Positions 1 through 12,036 of a stretch of DNA of 64,000 nucleotides are shown here, one piece after another; the stretch's first letter is position 1; every line of letters begins with the position of its first letter. The notes below the pieces were generated by a model, which saw only the letters and a program-made list of their open reading frames with translations, was not told the DNA's origin and ran no database searches. Source of the stretch: Octopus sinensis. Taxonomy: Eukaryota. The stretch lies in NCBI RefSeq assembly GCF_006345805.1, contig NC_043016.1, positions 27,652,001 through 27,716,000 of the forward strand, given 5' to 3'. The position numbers and the translations under genes were made by a program.

Positions 1-42
1 TTAATTAATAATTTTCTCTTAATATTAATTAATGCCAGCAAT

Positions 43-245
43 AAGACGGCGAGCTGGCAGAGTCGTTAGCACACTGGACGAAATGCTTAGCGGTATTTCG
101 CCAGTCGCTACGTTCTAAGTTCAAATTCCGCCGAGGCTGATTTTGGCCTGGGGTCGATAAATTAAGTACCAGTGAAATTCTGGGGTCGATATAATCGAGT
201 AGTCCCCTTCCCAAAATTTCAGGCCTTGTGTCAATAATAGAAAGG
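43..245 (+). mobile_element. tRNA-headed SINE, family A (head AAGGCGGCGAGCTGGCAG)
   Basis: A-box-like TGGCAGAGTCGTTAG, B-box-like AAGTTCAAATTCC and central GGGGTCGATAAATTAAGTACCAG; homologous to copies at 1574, 28316, 35532 and 36670. Confidence 0.85.
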
Positions 246-529
246 ATTAATTAATTAACGTTGATTTCTATCTTTGAGAGAAACGCGCACATATCTTCTG
301 TGTGGGAAAGGGACATGTCGATTAAATTGAAAGATCACCAACACTCAATATGATTGTTACATATTGCATGGACTCAGACAGATGTTCTAGTGCAAATTGC
401 ATAGAAGATAACTAAATAGTGAAGATTATTTTGTCCAGTAACCGCCATATAGCTACCACTACCACCACCTGATTCTATCATCGACTGAACAATCAAAGTT
501 AGGAATGCATCAAAGATCAACTTTATATG

Positions 530-568
<39 letters not shown>

Positions 569-670
569 ACATGTGAATCAAATAGACTAAAGGGTGCACT
601 AGACGGCACTGCCTCCTCACTATTCACTGGTGCACCATCAAATTTACAGTGACAACTATTTTTCTAAACT

Positions 671-1510
671 CCTCCCTTTGCAAATACCATAAGGGCACAG
701 ATAGTGTGCCTAAAGCCAGATGGAGACGATGATCTCCTGGGGCTAAAAGCTCCAGTAACACCCACCCTTTGTGGTTAGCCATATTAAGATGGCTATTATA
801 CTTTACATTGTCGAGCGGTTACAGTTTACATCTCGTTCAGAGATTTATTATTGCTTGCAGACAGTTTTTCGAAATCAGTGACGGAAGTTACTTGAAAAAC
901 ACTTAAGTATTTGCATACAAGGTCTTCCTTTTCGTCGTAAACCGGTGATTACTGCCCGTTCACAAGAGGCAACAACCTCGAAACTGCGGTCCCTGCGTAT
1001 CACTTAGGCTTACGAGAAAGGGATGACCTCTCTTTGCAAATACCATAAGGGCACAGACAGTGTGTCTAAAGCCAGCTGATCTCCTGGGGCTAAAAGCTAC
1101 AGTAACACCCACCCTTTGTGGTTAGCCATATTGAGATGGCTATTATACTTTACATTGTCGAGCAGTTACTGTTTACATCTCGTTCAGAGATTTATTATTG
1201 CTTGCAGACAGTTTTTCGAAATCAGTGACGGAAGTTACTTGAAAAACACTTAAGTATTTGCATACAAGGTCTTCCTTTTCGTCGTAAACCGGTGATTACC
1301 GCCCGTTCACAAGAGGCAACAACCTCGAAACCGTGGTCCGTGCGTATCACTTAGGCTTACGAGAAAGGGATGACCTCCCTTTGCAAATACATAAGAGCAC
1401 AGATAATGTGCCTAAAGCCAGCTGGAGACGATGATCTCCTGGGGCTAAAAGCTTCAGTAACACCCACCTTTTGTGGTTAGCCATATTGAGATGGCTTTAA
1501 TATTCTTTAC
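671..1510 (+). repeat. Tandem repeat, ~356-bp unit, ~2.4 copies
   Basis: Units start at 671, 1027 and 1374 (CCTCCCTTTGCAAATAC). Copy 2 has a 9-bp deletion. The copies are otherwise near-identical; the third is partial. Confidence 0.95.
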
Positions 1511-1573
1511 ACTTTATCATTATTACAGATTAGTCCCGGGTTTCGGCATCCGGTGGCTGATTTGCTTTCTTTT

Positions 1574-1775
1574 AAGGCAGCGAACTGGCAGAATCGTTAG
1601 CACGCCAGGCAAAATACGTAGCGGCATTTCCTCTGAGTTCAAATATTGCTGAGGTCGATTTTGCCTTTCATCCTTTCGGGGTCGATAACACAAGTACCAT
1701 TTGAGCACTGGGGTCGATGTAAACGGCTTACCCCATTCTCCGAAATTGCTGGCCTTGTGCCAATATTTGAAACAA
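1574..1775 (+). mobile_element. SINE family A
   Basis: AAGGCAGCGAACTGGCAGAATCGTTAGCACGCC head, GAGTTCAAAT B-box and CCTTTCATCCTTTCGGGGTCGATAA central motif. Confidence 0.85.
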
Positions 1776-2354
1776 TTATTATAAATTAGTGACCATCCAG
1801 AATATTCTGAAGCACCCCCCGGGTACCAAAGTCTGTGACGGGCCTGGACAAGGATAAGTGTCCATGTGAGTGTGTGTGTTTGACTGTGTATGTGAATGTT
1901 TGTATGTGGATGTAAACATGTGAGTGTGAGTGCGGCTGAGGGCTTGTGTGTGTATGTGTAAGACGCTACAGGGTGATTTGACTGTTGTTTCTAGCAGACT
2001 GAACGACCACATAAAAGCTCCTTCCGTGACTCTACAGAAGTTGCATGTGCCAGTGGTCTAGAGAAAATGGATAGGCACTGAAATTTCAGGTAATCTCCAG
2101 AACAGTTATTCACGACTTCTGGGGTATTTTATATCCCTAGAAATATTGGCTTCACAGTTATCCAAAGGAAATAATTTATTAATTAAGAATTGGTAGGTCA
2201 AAAAGTGTAGATTTCGGTTCTATTAGTTTCTATACATGTTTAGTTTCGCAAAAATCACAAACTGCTTCCATATCCCAAGAGATGGAAAACGATCTGAGAC
2301 ATACAATATCCTTAAAAGAAAATAAAAAGCTAAAAAAAAATAAAATATGAAGCT

Positions 2355-2404
2355 ATGACGTCACGTGACTCGATGACCTTCGACATGGAAACTTGATCAG
2401 GTCA
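2355..2404. promoter_or_regulatory. Composite CRE / E-box / nuclear-receptor half-site cluster (putative enhancer)
   Basis: TGACGTCA (2356-2363) overlaps the perfect palindrome GTCACGTGAC (2360-2369); TGACCT at 2374-2379 and AGGTCA at 2399-2404. Motif evidence only. Confidence 0.4.
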
Positions 2405-2469
2405 GTGAAAGGTATTTTCCTTTTCTTTCTTTCTTTTTTGTTTTCTTTTTTTTTTTTTTTTTTTATTCA

Positions 2470-2760
2470 GAAAGACTGAAGAGCTCAGTGAGAATAGATG
2501 GAAGTATTTGAAGAGAAAGGGGAGCGAGAGAGAAGACAGGAGAAGGAAGAAGAGAGGCAGAAAGGTGAGGGAGACAGAGAAAGCCAGGGGGGAGAGGAGA
2601 GAGAGAGAGAGAGAGAGAGGGAGAAGAGGGGAGAGAGAGGGAGAGAGGGAGAGAGAGACAGAGACAGAGAAAACCAAAGGGAGAAAGAGAAGAGAGAAAA
2701 AAAGGAGATAGACATACAGACAGACAGGGAAGAAGCAAGAGGAAAGAAAAAAGCAAAACG
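2470..2760. repeat. Purine-rich (GA)n low-complexity tract
   Basis: Imperfect GA/GAGAGG/GACA repeats; source of the spurious R/E-rich and S/L-rich ORFs. Confidence 0.9.
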
Positions 2761-2861
2761 GCGATGTTTAAAAGAGAAAGTTGAATACTCGCATTGTTAG
2801 AAACTGGAATAACACCCATTCATGAATCAAAAATTATTTCTAGATAAATGTCTGACATAGT

Positions 2862-2908
2862 ACACTCACTCACACACACACACACACACACACTCACTCA
2901 CACACTCA

Positions 2909-2992
<84 letters not shown>
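2862..2992. repeat. (CA)n microsatellite with CT interruptions
   Basis: Direct reading. Confidence 0.95.
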
Positions 2993-2994
<2 letters not shown>

Positions 2995-3324
2995 AGCATA
3001 AATTTAAGAGTAACTGTGTGTGTGCGTAGGAGAAGGAAGAGAGAAGGTGACAAGGTTGAAAAGATAAGCTTACGAGCATGTGTTTTTGATAAACATTATT
3101 TAGCCTCACCATCAAAATATTACACGGTGGGTAAAAGAAACAGATTTTTCTCTCTATGGACAGAATCAGTTTCATGCTTATTGATGCCTCATCAGACACA
3201 CGCCCATTATCTTACATTTCTTCTTCTTATTACCGTTGCTAAGTATTTCTGTTAATTAGTTACTGTTTCCGACAGGTGCAATATTATGTTAGATCAATTT
3301 AGTTCTGTTCTAGTTTGTGTCGAC

Positions 3325-3391
<67 letters not shown>

Positions 3392-3779
3392 TATATAGGA
3401 ACGTCCAACCAGCTGGACGTAATTTTTCTCGTCTCTCGATATTTCTTGCCTTCTACAATTTTCTCTTCTATATAATCTATATCCTTTCAAAATTTCTCCC
3501 ATACAATTCGTCTTGGCCTAACGGCCCATAATGTCTGTCTTCGTCGATTGTTTACTCTGTACGTCCACTCTGGTGTCATTTGTTCGTTCGAAGTCCTCAC
3601 TCTCCGTAAATTTTATATCTTTAAAATTTCTGGATGCTGCTGTCTTATGAAGATTTCCTGTCTTGGAACAGGTAATAAGCTCGGAACAGGTAATAAGATC
3701 CCTGAAAGAAAAGAAAGATGTCAAAAAATAAAAGAATTATCAAAAACTGCAATCCATCAGTGACTTTTGGGGCAACCTG

Positions 3780-3810
<31 letters not shown>

Positions 3811-3812
3811 CT

Positions 3813-3848
<36 letters not shown>

Positions 3849-4302
3849 ATATCTCTTATTATAAAAGGCAGATTTTATCTGCCTCCCTTTGGGAGTTATA
3901 CAAATCTACATATAGGATTTCTTCAATTACAATTTACCTAGCAGTTTTAAGAGTACAATGCATCGCGTCATGCCAGGTCCAGTTTTAAAATTTAAACTCC
4001 AATTAAGCAAAATTTACAGAAAACTCCACATTCTGGTGTGTGTGTCAAATGCTTTTCTTAGTCTGGTTTACACCACACGCAAACGCACACACACAGGGGC
4101 AACGAATAAAATGAAAGTAAATGTAATATTTGTTTCTGTCTATCACGCTGATAGATACATGAGTAAAATGCATGGGAAGCTAACAGATAACAGTGAGTGA
4201 AAATGTTCTTGGAAGAGAGTAAATTAGCGACAGTGATTTGAGGAAGACTAAACTGAAACTATGAAACAGTGTTTATGTATAAACAGACGACACTTATATA
4301 AA

Positions 4303-4627
4303 CCCTTTCGTTACCAAACCGCCCGAATTTACCTATTCATATTTAAATGAGAATATCAGAGTAAATCTCTTAGTACATTCGTGAAAACACGTATTATACT
4401 TCGTAAACACTTCAAATACAGTTTTGTACAAAAATCGAAGTGTAATTTTAATTCCGTGAATTATGGGAGATTTTTTTCCGAAATTTGTTCCTATTGTGTT
4501 TTCAAAATTTGTAATTCTGACAAAAAATGGATACGAATTTCATTATATCAAGCAGCGAGTCAGAATTCGAAGGATTTTCTACTGAAGACCTTCATAAATC
4601 TAACTCTATGACTGAAAAAAAAAAGCA
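4303..4627 (+). mobile_element. piggyBac-like transposon left end with transposase N-terminus (truncated)
   Basis: Starts CCCTTTCGTTACC, the same terminus as the TTAA MITEs at 23096, 23505 and 39329. ATG at 4527 gives MDTNFIISSSESEFEGFSTEDL, an acidic SxxEFEGF-type N-terminus. It is cut off by the Helitron insertion. Confidence 0.55.
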
Positions 4628-5022
4628 TCTTTATATAAGAGTGAAGTTGTGTGTCTGTCCCCTTCGATTTACATTCGTAATTACTCCCACATTTGCGGTG
4701 CAGTTTAACCAAAAGCGGGTATCTTATCGTCGTGATTCATATCGAGCCCTTCTGGGTATTAGCGCGCGTCTACGATGAGTCTACGATTTTAAAAAAAATT
4801 TACCATCATTATTTTCCATTTTAATGCATTTTTTCGCTTTTATATAAGGGAAGTAACTCTCTAAAAATATCTACGAGTGTCATCAACGATTTAAAAAAAA
4901 TTTACCTAATTTTTTTTTCAATTTTTAATGCATTTTTTTGCTATTTTTTGGCTATAACTCTCTAAAAATGCTTATATAGTTATTTCCCTTACAACCCGAG
5001 CAACGCCGGGCGATACTGCTAG
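4628..5022 (+). mobile_element. Non-autonomous Helitron
   Basis: 5' TC at 4628 preceded by A; 3' hairpin CCCGAGCAACGCCGGG (4995-5010) then CTAG (5019-5022) followed by T; no TSD. Internal ~101-bp tandem duplication at 4769-4969. Confidence 0.8.
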
Positions 5023-5029
5023 TATATAT

Positions 5030-5170
5030 ATAGGGCTTCTTTCACTTTCATTTGCCAGATGCATTCACAATGATTTGGAGTTGGCCCGAGGCTACAGTTG
5101 AAGACACTTGCTCAAGATGCCACCCTGGAACCATGTGATTGGGAAACATGCTTCCTACCATACAGCCACG
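5030..5170 (-). mobile_element. SINE family B (CORE-like head), 5' fragment
   Basis: Reverse complement matches the GTGGCTGTGTGGTAAG...GGCATCTTGGGCAAGTGTCTTC head of the copy at 60079. Confidence 0.7.
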
Positions 5171-6004
5171 GCTCTTTTTTTTTTTTCTTTTTGTCTAACT
5201 TTTGAAGCTAGCGAAAAAACAAAACTGTGATTTTATCATGATCTCTGCCTTTTATAACGAGAATAAGTGTGTTTACTGGAAATAAACACTTTAAAGTTTG
5301 CCTAATAATTTCACTTACCCTAATGCTGTGCCGCAGTGTAGTGCTTCTGTTTATGCACAAACACACACACACACACACACATACATATGCATAAATAAGT
5401 ATTGTTTAATTAATGAAAATTTATCAAAAGTACAAATATCAAAATTAGGTAATCCACCACAGCACTAGACCGATTTAAAACTGTTTTGTAAGTAGCTGAT
5501 CTATACTGATCTCATTGTGAAGGACGCCAGGTGACTCCTTTTAGATCGGTCAACAAACCATGAAACATTCTGTCGGGAGGCTCACTTCTTTTTTCTTTGT
5601 ACAACACTTCAAAAATGCAGAGAGAATGCGCTTACATTTTTTATTTCACCCACAGTGAGGCTATTAAACATGTAGCTTTACATTGTGCTGGAATCAGCAA
5701 TATTCAGCTTTAAATTTCGTAGGTTTATCGAAGGAATCTATATCTCGTTAAGTATCTACAGGAAAATAAAATGGGTATGAGACAATTTCAAGGTGGCTTC
5801 TAGACGTCGGTTCCCTAATGGTCAATTTAGGTCATGGTTTGAAAGTGACAACAGTTTTTCTTTTTTATTCTTAAGCTCTCCAAAACTTGCTGCATGAAGC
5901 TGAGTCGAAATGTTATTAAATTATATATGCAACTCCCACTACATGTCTTGAATGCCATTTTATTTATTTATTCATTTATTTATTTATTTTTCTCGACTCA
6001 CTCG

Positions 6005-6043
<39 letters not shown>

Positions 6044-6044
6044 C

Positions 6045-6086
<42 letters not shown>

Positions 6087-6130
6087 ATCTCATCTATCTA
6101 TCTAACTATCTATCTATCTAACTATCTATG

Positions 6131-6161
<31 letters not shown>

Positions 6162-6163
6162 CA

Positions 6164-6232
<69 letters not shown>

Positions 6233-6233
6233 A

Positions 6234-6256
<23 letters not shown>
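6005..6256. repeat. (TATC)n tetranucleotide microsatellite
   Basis: Direct reading; followed by (TTTC)n, (TC)n and (TA)n tracts. Confidence 0.95.
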
Positions 6257-6274
<18 letters not shown>

Positions 6275-6393
6275 ATCTTCCTCTCTCTCTCTCTCTCTCT
6301 CTCCTTTCTCTCTCCCCCTCTCTCTCTCCCTTTCTCTATCCCCCCCTCTCTCTCTCCCTCTCTCTCTCTGTAATATATATATATATTATATAT

Positions 6394-6633
6394 TCTTCTA
6401 CTTGTTTCAGTCATTTGACTGCGGCCATGCTGAAGCATCATCTTCAAGCGTTTTTACTCCAAGAAATCGCCCCCAAGACTAATTTTCTATCGGTCTCTTT
6501 TGCCGAACCGCTCAGTTACGGGGACGTAAACACTCCAACATCGGTTATTAAGCGATGGTGGGGAAACAAACAAGACACAAAAAACACACACACATAAATA
6601 AATATATATATGCACGGGCTTCTTTAGTTTCCA
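6394..6633 (-). mobile_element. SINE family B, 3' half
   Basis: CTTGTTTCAGTCATTTGACTGCGGCCATGCTG is the reverse complement of the family B tail. Confidence 0.8.
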
Positions 6634-6704
6634 TATATATATGTGTGTGTGTGGGTGTGCTGTGTGTATTATGTATGTATATATGTATGTATATATTATA
6701 TATA

Positions 6705-6777
<73 letters not shown>

Positions 6778-7020
6778 CTACATAACTACATAATATATAT
6801 ATATATATAGTATATATATATTATATGATTGATTGATTGATTGATTCTAGTTTCAGCTCATGAGCTGTGGCCATGCTGGGGCACCGCCATATATATATAT
6901 ATATGTATATATATACACAATATTTATCTTTCATCTTCTATCTTTTATTTGTTTCAGTAATTAGACTGCCAGCTTTGTTAGGGCACCGCCTTGAAGATGT
7001 GTAGTCGAAGGAATTGACCC

Positions 7021-7051
<31 letters not shown>

Positions 7052-7492
7052 TCTTTAAGCCTGGTAATTCAACTGAATCACGTTCTTTAATGCCAAGTTG
7101 CAGTTTACCCATCTCATCTTACAAAGTCCATCAAAAAAAGTACAGAGCAGTACTTAAGTCGGTATGAAAACAAAAGACCATTAAAAACCGAAAACAAAAA
7201 AACCATTAAACAGAACGAAAGCACGTGATTTAATTTTAGGTCCCTCAGTATTTCACAGAAAGTTAAAACCAAAGGGACCTTTCAGAAAACGTATTACATA
7301 GCCAGGTAGCACCCCCATCCCCCGTGTAGTATAAATCTGTAAGATTATGTTCGCCCATCTCGCCACCAAACTACCGCCTAGTTCAGAGCTGTCGTTACCG
7401 GAGGTAGACTGTTATAAACATTGCGGAAGACAAATGATCTCTCTGGTCGGAATAATGACATGCAAAGGTCATGGCATTGTCACTCATCTGTC

Positions 7493-7592
7493 NNNNNNNN
7501 NNNNNNNNNNNNNNNNNNNNNNNNNNNNNNNNNNNNNNNNNNNNNNNNNNNNNNNNNNNNNNNNNNNNNNNNNNNNNNNNNNNNNNNNNNNN
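7493..7592. other. Assembly gap (100 N)
   Basis: Exactly 100 N, typical of an unsized scaffolding gap. Confidence 0.98.
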
Positions 7593-8045
7593 CTGTGTGA
7601 CTAAAGGGAATATCTAGATAATTTTTTTCTTTTTGGATCAGGGCTCACAAAATATTCCTTTCACTCCCAATATACTTCATTTTATTTTTCTTCTTCACCC
7701 GCCTTTATATGTGTGTGTGCTTAAGTTATTGTTTTCGATGAATTAAAAATGAATTTGTTTGTAGGTGTTTTGGCAGAGGGGTAAGAGAGAGAGCTACGGT
7801 CATCTGAACACCGAAGCAGCTGTACACTGTAAATCAGCAGCAGTGGTAGTAGTAGTAGTAGTAGTAGTGATGATAGAAAATCGTAGTAACAGTAGTAATG
7901 GTTGTATAGTAGTAGTAGCAGTCGTAGTAATAGTAGGCAGGTGCGTGTTTACGCGATATTAAAACGAGGCTTTCACCTTTTGGCCCTTTAAAAGCATGCA
8001 ATAAAGTCTCTTCCTTTTCTTTCTGCGTTTTATTTTTTAATCTTT

Positions 8046-8055
8046 CTTACGTAAT
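8046..8055. promoter_or_regulatory. PAR-bZIP / D-box-type site
   Basis: CTTACGTAAT; perfect palindromic core TTACGTAA against consensus RTTAYGTAAY. Confidence 0.35.
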
Positions 8056-8229
8056 CGATTAGCTACATTTTTTTTTTCTAAGTAGGGGAAGAGATATTGA
8101 TTTCATTTACGTTGTTTTGATATTTTTCTAGGTTAGTTTTAATTAATGTAGATCACTTTTAATTTAAGATTTTAATATAATTTATTTTATCAACTATTTT
8201 TGAATGTTCAATATTTACAATATTTACAA

Positions 8230-8261
<32 letters not shown>

Positions 8262-8819
8262 AATATTTCCCGTGTTTCTTTTCTTATTTTATTAATTCTC
8301 TTTTCACTGTAGGTACCGTTCTATTCCTACTATTATTCGTTTTATTCTTAATGTTAATTTAAATTTTCAATGAATAAACTCCTGAAATATGTTTATATGT
8401 CCCCGTCACTAAAACCTTGCCTTTCTCTTTTAACTCTTTCAATTTCTAGAGCTGCTTGTTGTACTTACCCTCATTGCTCCTACCACTCCCTCTCTCTCTC
8501 TTTCATTAATTCATTCAATTTAACTGTCACGCTTGCACTCCTCTCTCCTCAACCTACTCTACGTTCTCTCTTTGTCTTTAACTCTTTCAATCTCTCTATC
8601 TCCCTTGTCACGCTTGCCTTCCTCCCTACTCCCTTATTTCCCATTTTTCTACCTCAATGTGTCATTCTTTCAATGTGTCGTATTTTCTCTTTCTTTGTTT
8701 CTCCCCCTCTGTATTTGTACTCACTTCTCCCCTTCATACGAAAGTGGTGGTGGTGGTGGTGGTGGTGGTGGTAGTAGGATTAGTGTTCCTTTTCTTTCTC
8801 TTTCACTCTCCCCCTCCAA

Positions 8820-8940
8820 CTGACTCCGACCAATGGCAAAACACGTACCTTTTCTCACCCAAGGATGCAAAAATGGAAATGCTTTCAGCATAGCAGGCAC
8901 CGGGCGATTGGTTCGCTAATTTTGGATTACGTGATGAAGC
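8820..8940 (+). promoter_or_regulatory. Candidate proximal promoter (two CCAAT boxes plus a PAR/CRE-like site)
   Basis: CCAAT at 8830-8834, ATTGG at 8907-8911 and ATTACGTGAT at 8926-8935, in non-repetitive CpG-containing sequence. Donor-like sites follow at 9151 (AG/GTAAAA) and 9360 (TG/GTAAGA). Confidence 0.35.
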
Positions 8941-9074
8941 AGCAATGAATCTACATTCGCTGTAGTACGACCAAGTAGTTTACATTCATATTGCTAGGCA
9001 GGCAGTGGGCAGCTTGCCATATTGAGGAAGAAAGCTGGCACAACGGCAGCAACGGGTATCACATACACATACAC

Positions 9075-9109
<35 letters not shown>

Positions 9110-10158
9110 AAGAGAAAAAAAAAGACTTTTTTTACTGGAGGAAGAAAAAGGTAAAATAACTCAATGTTTCATATTTTTACAAATATTAATGTTTATGAAG
9201 TTTTTTTCTTTCTCAGTCTTGATTTTATTCTCCACACACTCTCTCTCTCTCTGTCTCTATATATATATATATATGTATACATACATATATATTTAGAGAG
9301 ATAGAGAGACGCACTTGCGCACGTTTTTAATTTTTTTCCGGTTATAAACCCAGATGTTGGTAAGAATTTGCTATTCGTTTACATGCAGTGTATATATATA
9401 TATATATATAAATATATATATTTGTTTACCGGAAAGTGATTGCTTAACTTCATGTCTAAGACACGTTTCTTCCTTTCTACTGTTTTCTCTCTTTTAGTCA
9501 TGGTGTTTTATTTACAATGTGAAATAACAATACAGTACTGTATTTTATTTAATGGAAAACAAACTGTATCTAATGCCTTGTTTCTCTGCGTTTAGCTCTC
9601 AGCTGCTGTACACGTACTAAAAGTTTATTATTCATGTTACTGTTATCTATTAAAAAAATACCATGTTTGTGGAAAAAGGGGAGTGGTATCTATCTTATGG
9701 CTCAGTTACGATGTGTGTATGTATATATGTATGTGTACACATACACATTACTATCTATCCCTGTATATATATATATATAGTGAACATCTTGTTTATATGT
9801 ACGTATTTGTGAGTGAAACATGTTATGCGTGTGTAATACATATACTGTTATATTGAACTATCTCGTATACATACACGTGTGTGTGTAAACACAAATGCAC
9901 CACATATGTATACATGTGTATAGGTGAGTGGTTTTTCTCATATTGCATACATCCCTGTGTTTAGATATTCACTGAGGTGATTGTGAATTACATTTTAGAA
10001 AGATAGCTCCCTCATTGAGACGCACCACAATCTCTTCTGTACCCTGGTTTTACATTGCATTTTTTTCTAACATGTTTCGAAATATTTGTCTATTGATACA
10101 ATAATTTGTTGGTACCAACCTGGAATACTTCATTCTTACGCCGTGATTTCAAGTGTGG

Positions 10159-10204
<46 letters not shown>

Positions 10205-11715
10205 GTGTGTGTGTATGTATATATGCGTATGTGTATCTGTGCAGATCTATAATTAAGATTTCAACCGTGACCATCCTATTTTTATTATATATATATAGAA
10301 TATCAAGCTCTATGAGTTCTGTGCATATTTATGACTATACGCTGTAAATAAGGGAAAATTGACTGTTATTTCTAATCACGTCCAGCGATCACTGAGAAGC
10401 TCCCATGTTGTGGGTGGGTATTTTCAAGAGTGAAGTGTAGATATTTTCAATAACTTAATGCCAGCTTAAATATACCGGTGAAAATTTATAGTCCGTATAC
10501 TTATTCCCCATCTGTTTTCTATCTCCGATTTACACATAAATAGTTATTCTTGGAGCAGCCCTTATTTTTTTTTTTAATAACCATATGATAAGTTACTATT
10601 ATTGTTGCTAACGTTTCGGAATTCCCCTCAATGATCATTGCTAACATCTTCGCCATGCTATCAAACCTGTCGAATATGTTAGTAAATGGGATTTCACCTC
10701 CTATATAGTTAGATATAATTGAATGTATAAACAAAACACGTGTTCTGTAGATAATTGGTTTTTTTTGCATTTTATTCTTAAGATTTTGTGCATATATATA
10801 TATATATATATATATCAATTTCACTTTAATATAAACTATTACGTATTTAACAAATTTGTGTATGTGATGTTTTATATTTTACATGTTCGTCTTTCTATCT
10901 TGTTATAATACGTTCAAAGCTTGCGTTTTGATAAAGAAAATTTTATGGGGTTGAAAACAAGAGAATCTTTTAATTCAAATTTCATATTGAAAACAAATCT
11001 TTAAAAGAAACGTAATTTAAAGCAGGATGGAGAAGTGGTCGGAGGAAAATGAAATAAAAGCTGGAAAGAAGAAAAATCATTTACTATTTAAAAAAAAGAA
11101 CCCCCTTACCTCCCTTCACCCACTCTAGCTGATCATATACTTTACTAGAGGTTTGTAGTATTTCTATAGTTTTAAGTTACTAGCAGGAGTGTTCAGCTAG
11201 CTTCCTCTCTTCCTCTTTGAGAAACATAGTGAGGCAAGGGTGTGTTCTATTAGATCTATGCTGCTTCCGTACACTTATATCGATTATGAGAACGACTTGC
11301 GAACATGATCTATTTTCAATGATACACGCGCGCACCCACACACTTAATATATAAAATATATATATATATATTATATATATATATATAATATTGTGTACGA
11401 GATCAAATGGAAAATAACGAATTTATTAATCTTATTCGTGGTCTTTTATTTTTATGAAGGAGCGAGTCTATTTTTCTTGTTTAATGAAAAATATTTTAAT
11501 ACATAATTAATTTTCATTAGTTTATTTGAATTGAATTTTCTGATGGAGCTGATAAAAGAAAGGAGAGAGAGAGAGAGAGGAATGTTTATTTTAAATTTCA
11601 TTCATTTAATATTTTCTTTTTCTAGCAACTGATACAAGAATTGAATTGGGTTACTATCGATAAACAGTTTCTCAGTTATCTTACACATACACAATGTTTT
11701 GTGCGTGTTTTTATA

Positions 11716-11762
<47 letters not shown>

Positions 11763-11986
11763 CTGCACACATACAACGCACCCCCTAATATTACACATGT
11801 GTGTGTATACACACTCACACACACGCATATATAGCCAATTTACATAGCATTTGGATTAATCCTAATGTCTTGTCTAATGTGATATTCATGCCTTTCCATG
11901 GTTAGCGTAGGTGTAACCGGCAATCGAATATGGAGCTCCAGTTTTGTTCTTCGACTGATTCATATATGTATGTATGTGTGTGTGTA

Positions 11987-12036
<50 letters not shown>

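Noticed and set aside
2402-3255. R/E-rich, S/L-rich and HT-repeat ORFs
   Set aside because: Products of (GA)n and (CA)n tracts.
3760-3781. GACTTTTGGGGCAACCTGTA, mariner-like right TIR
   Set aside because: No matching left TIR or transposase was found nearby.
5894-6447. SIYL-repeat ORFs
   Set aside because: Translation of the (TATC)n microsatellite.
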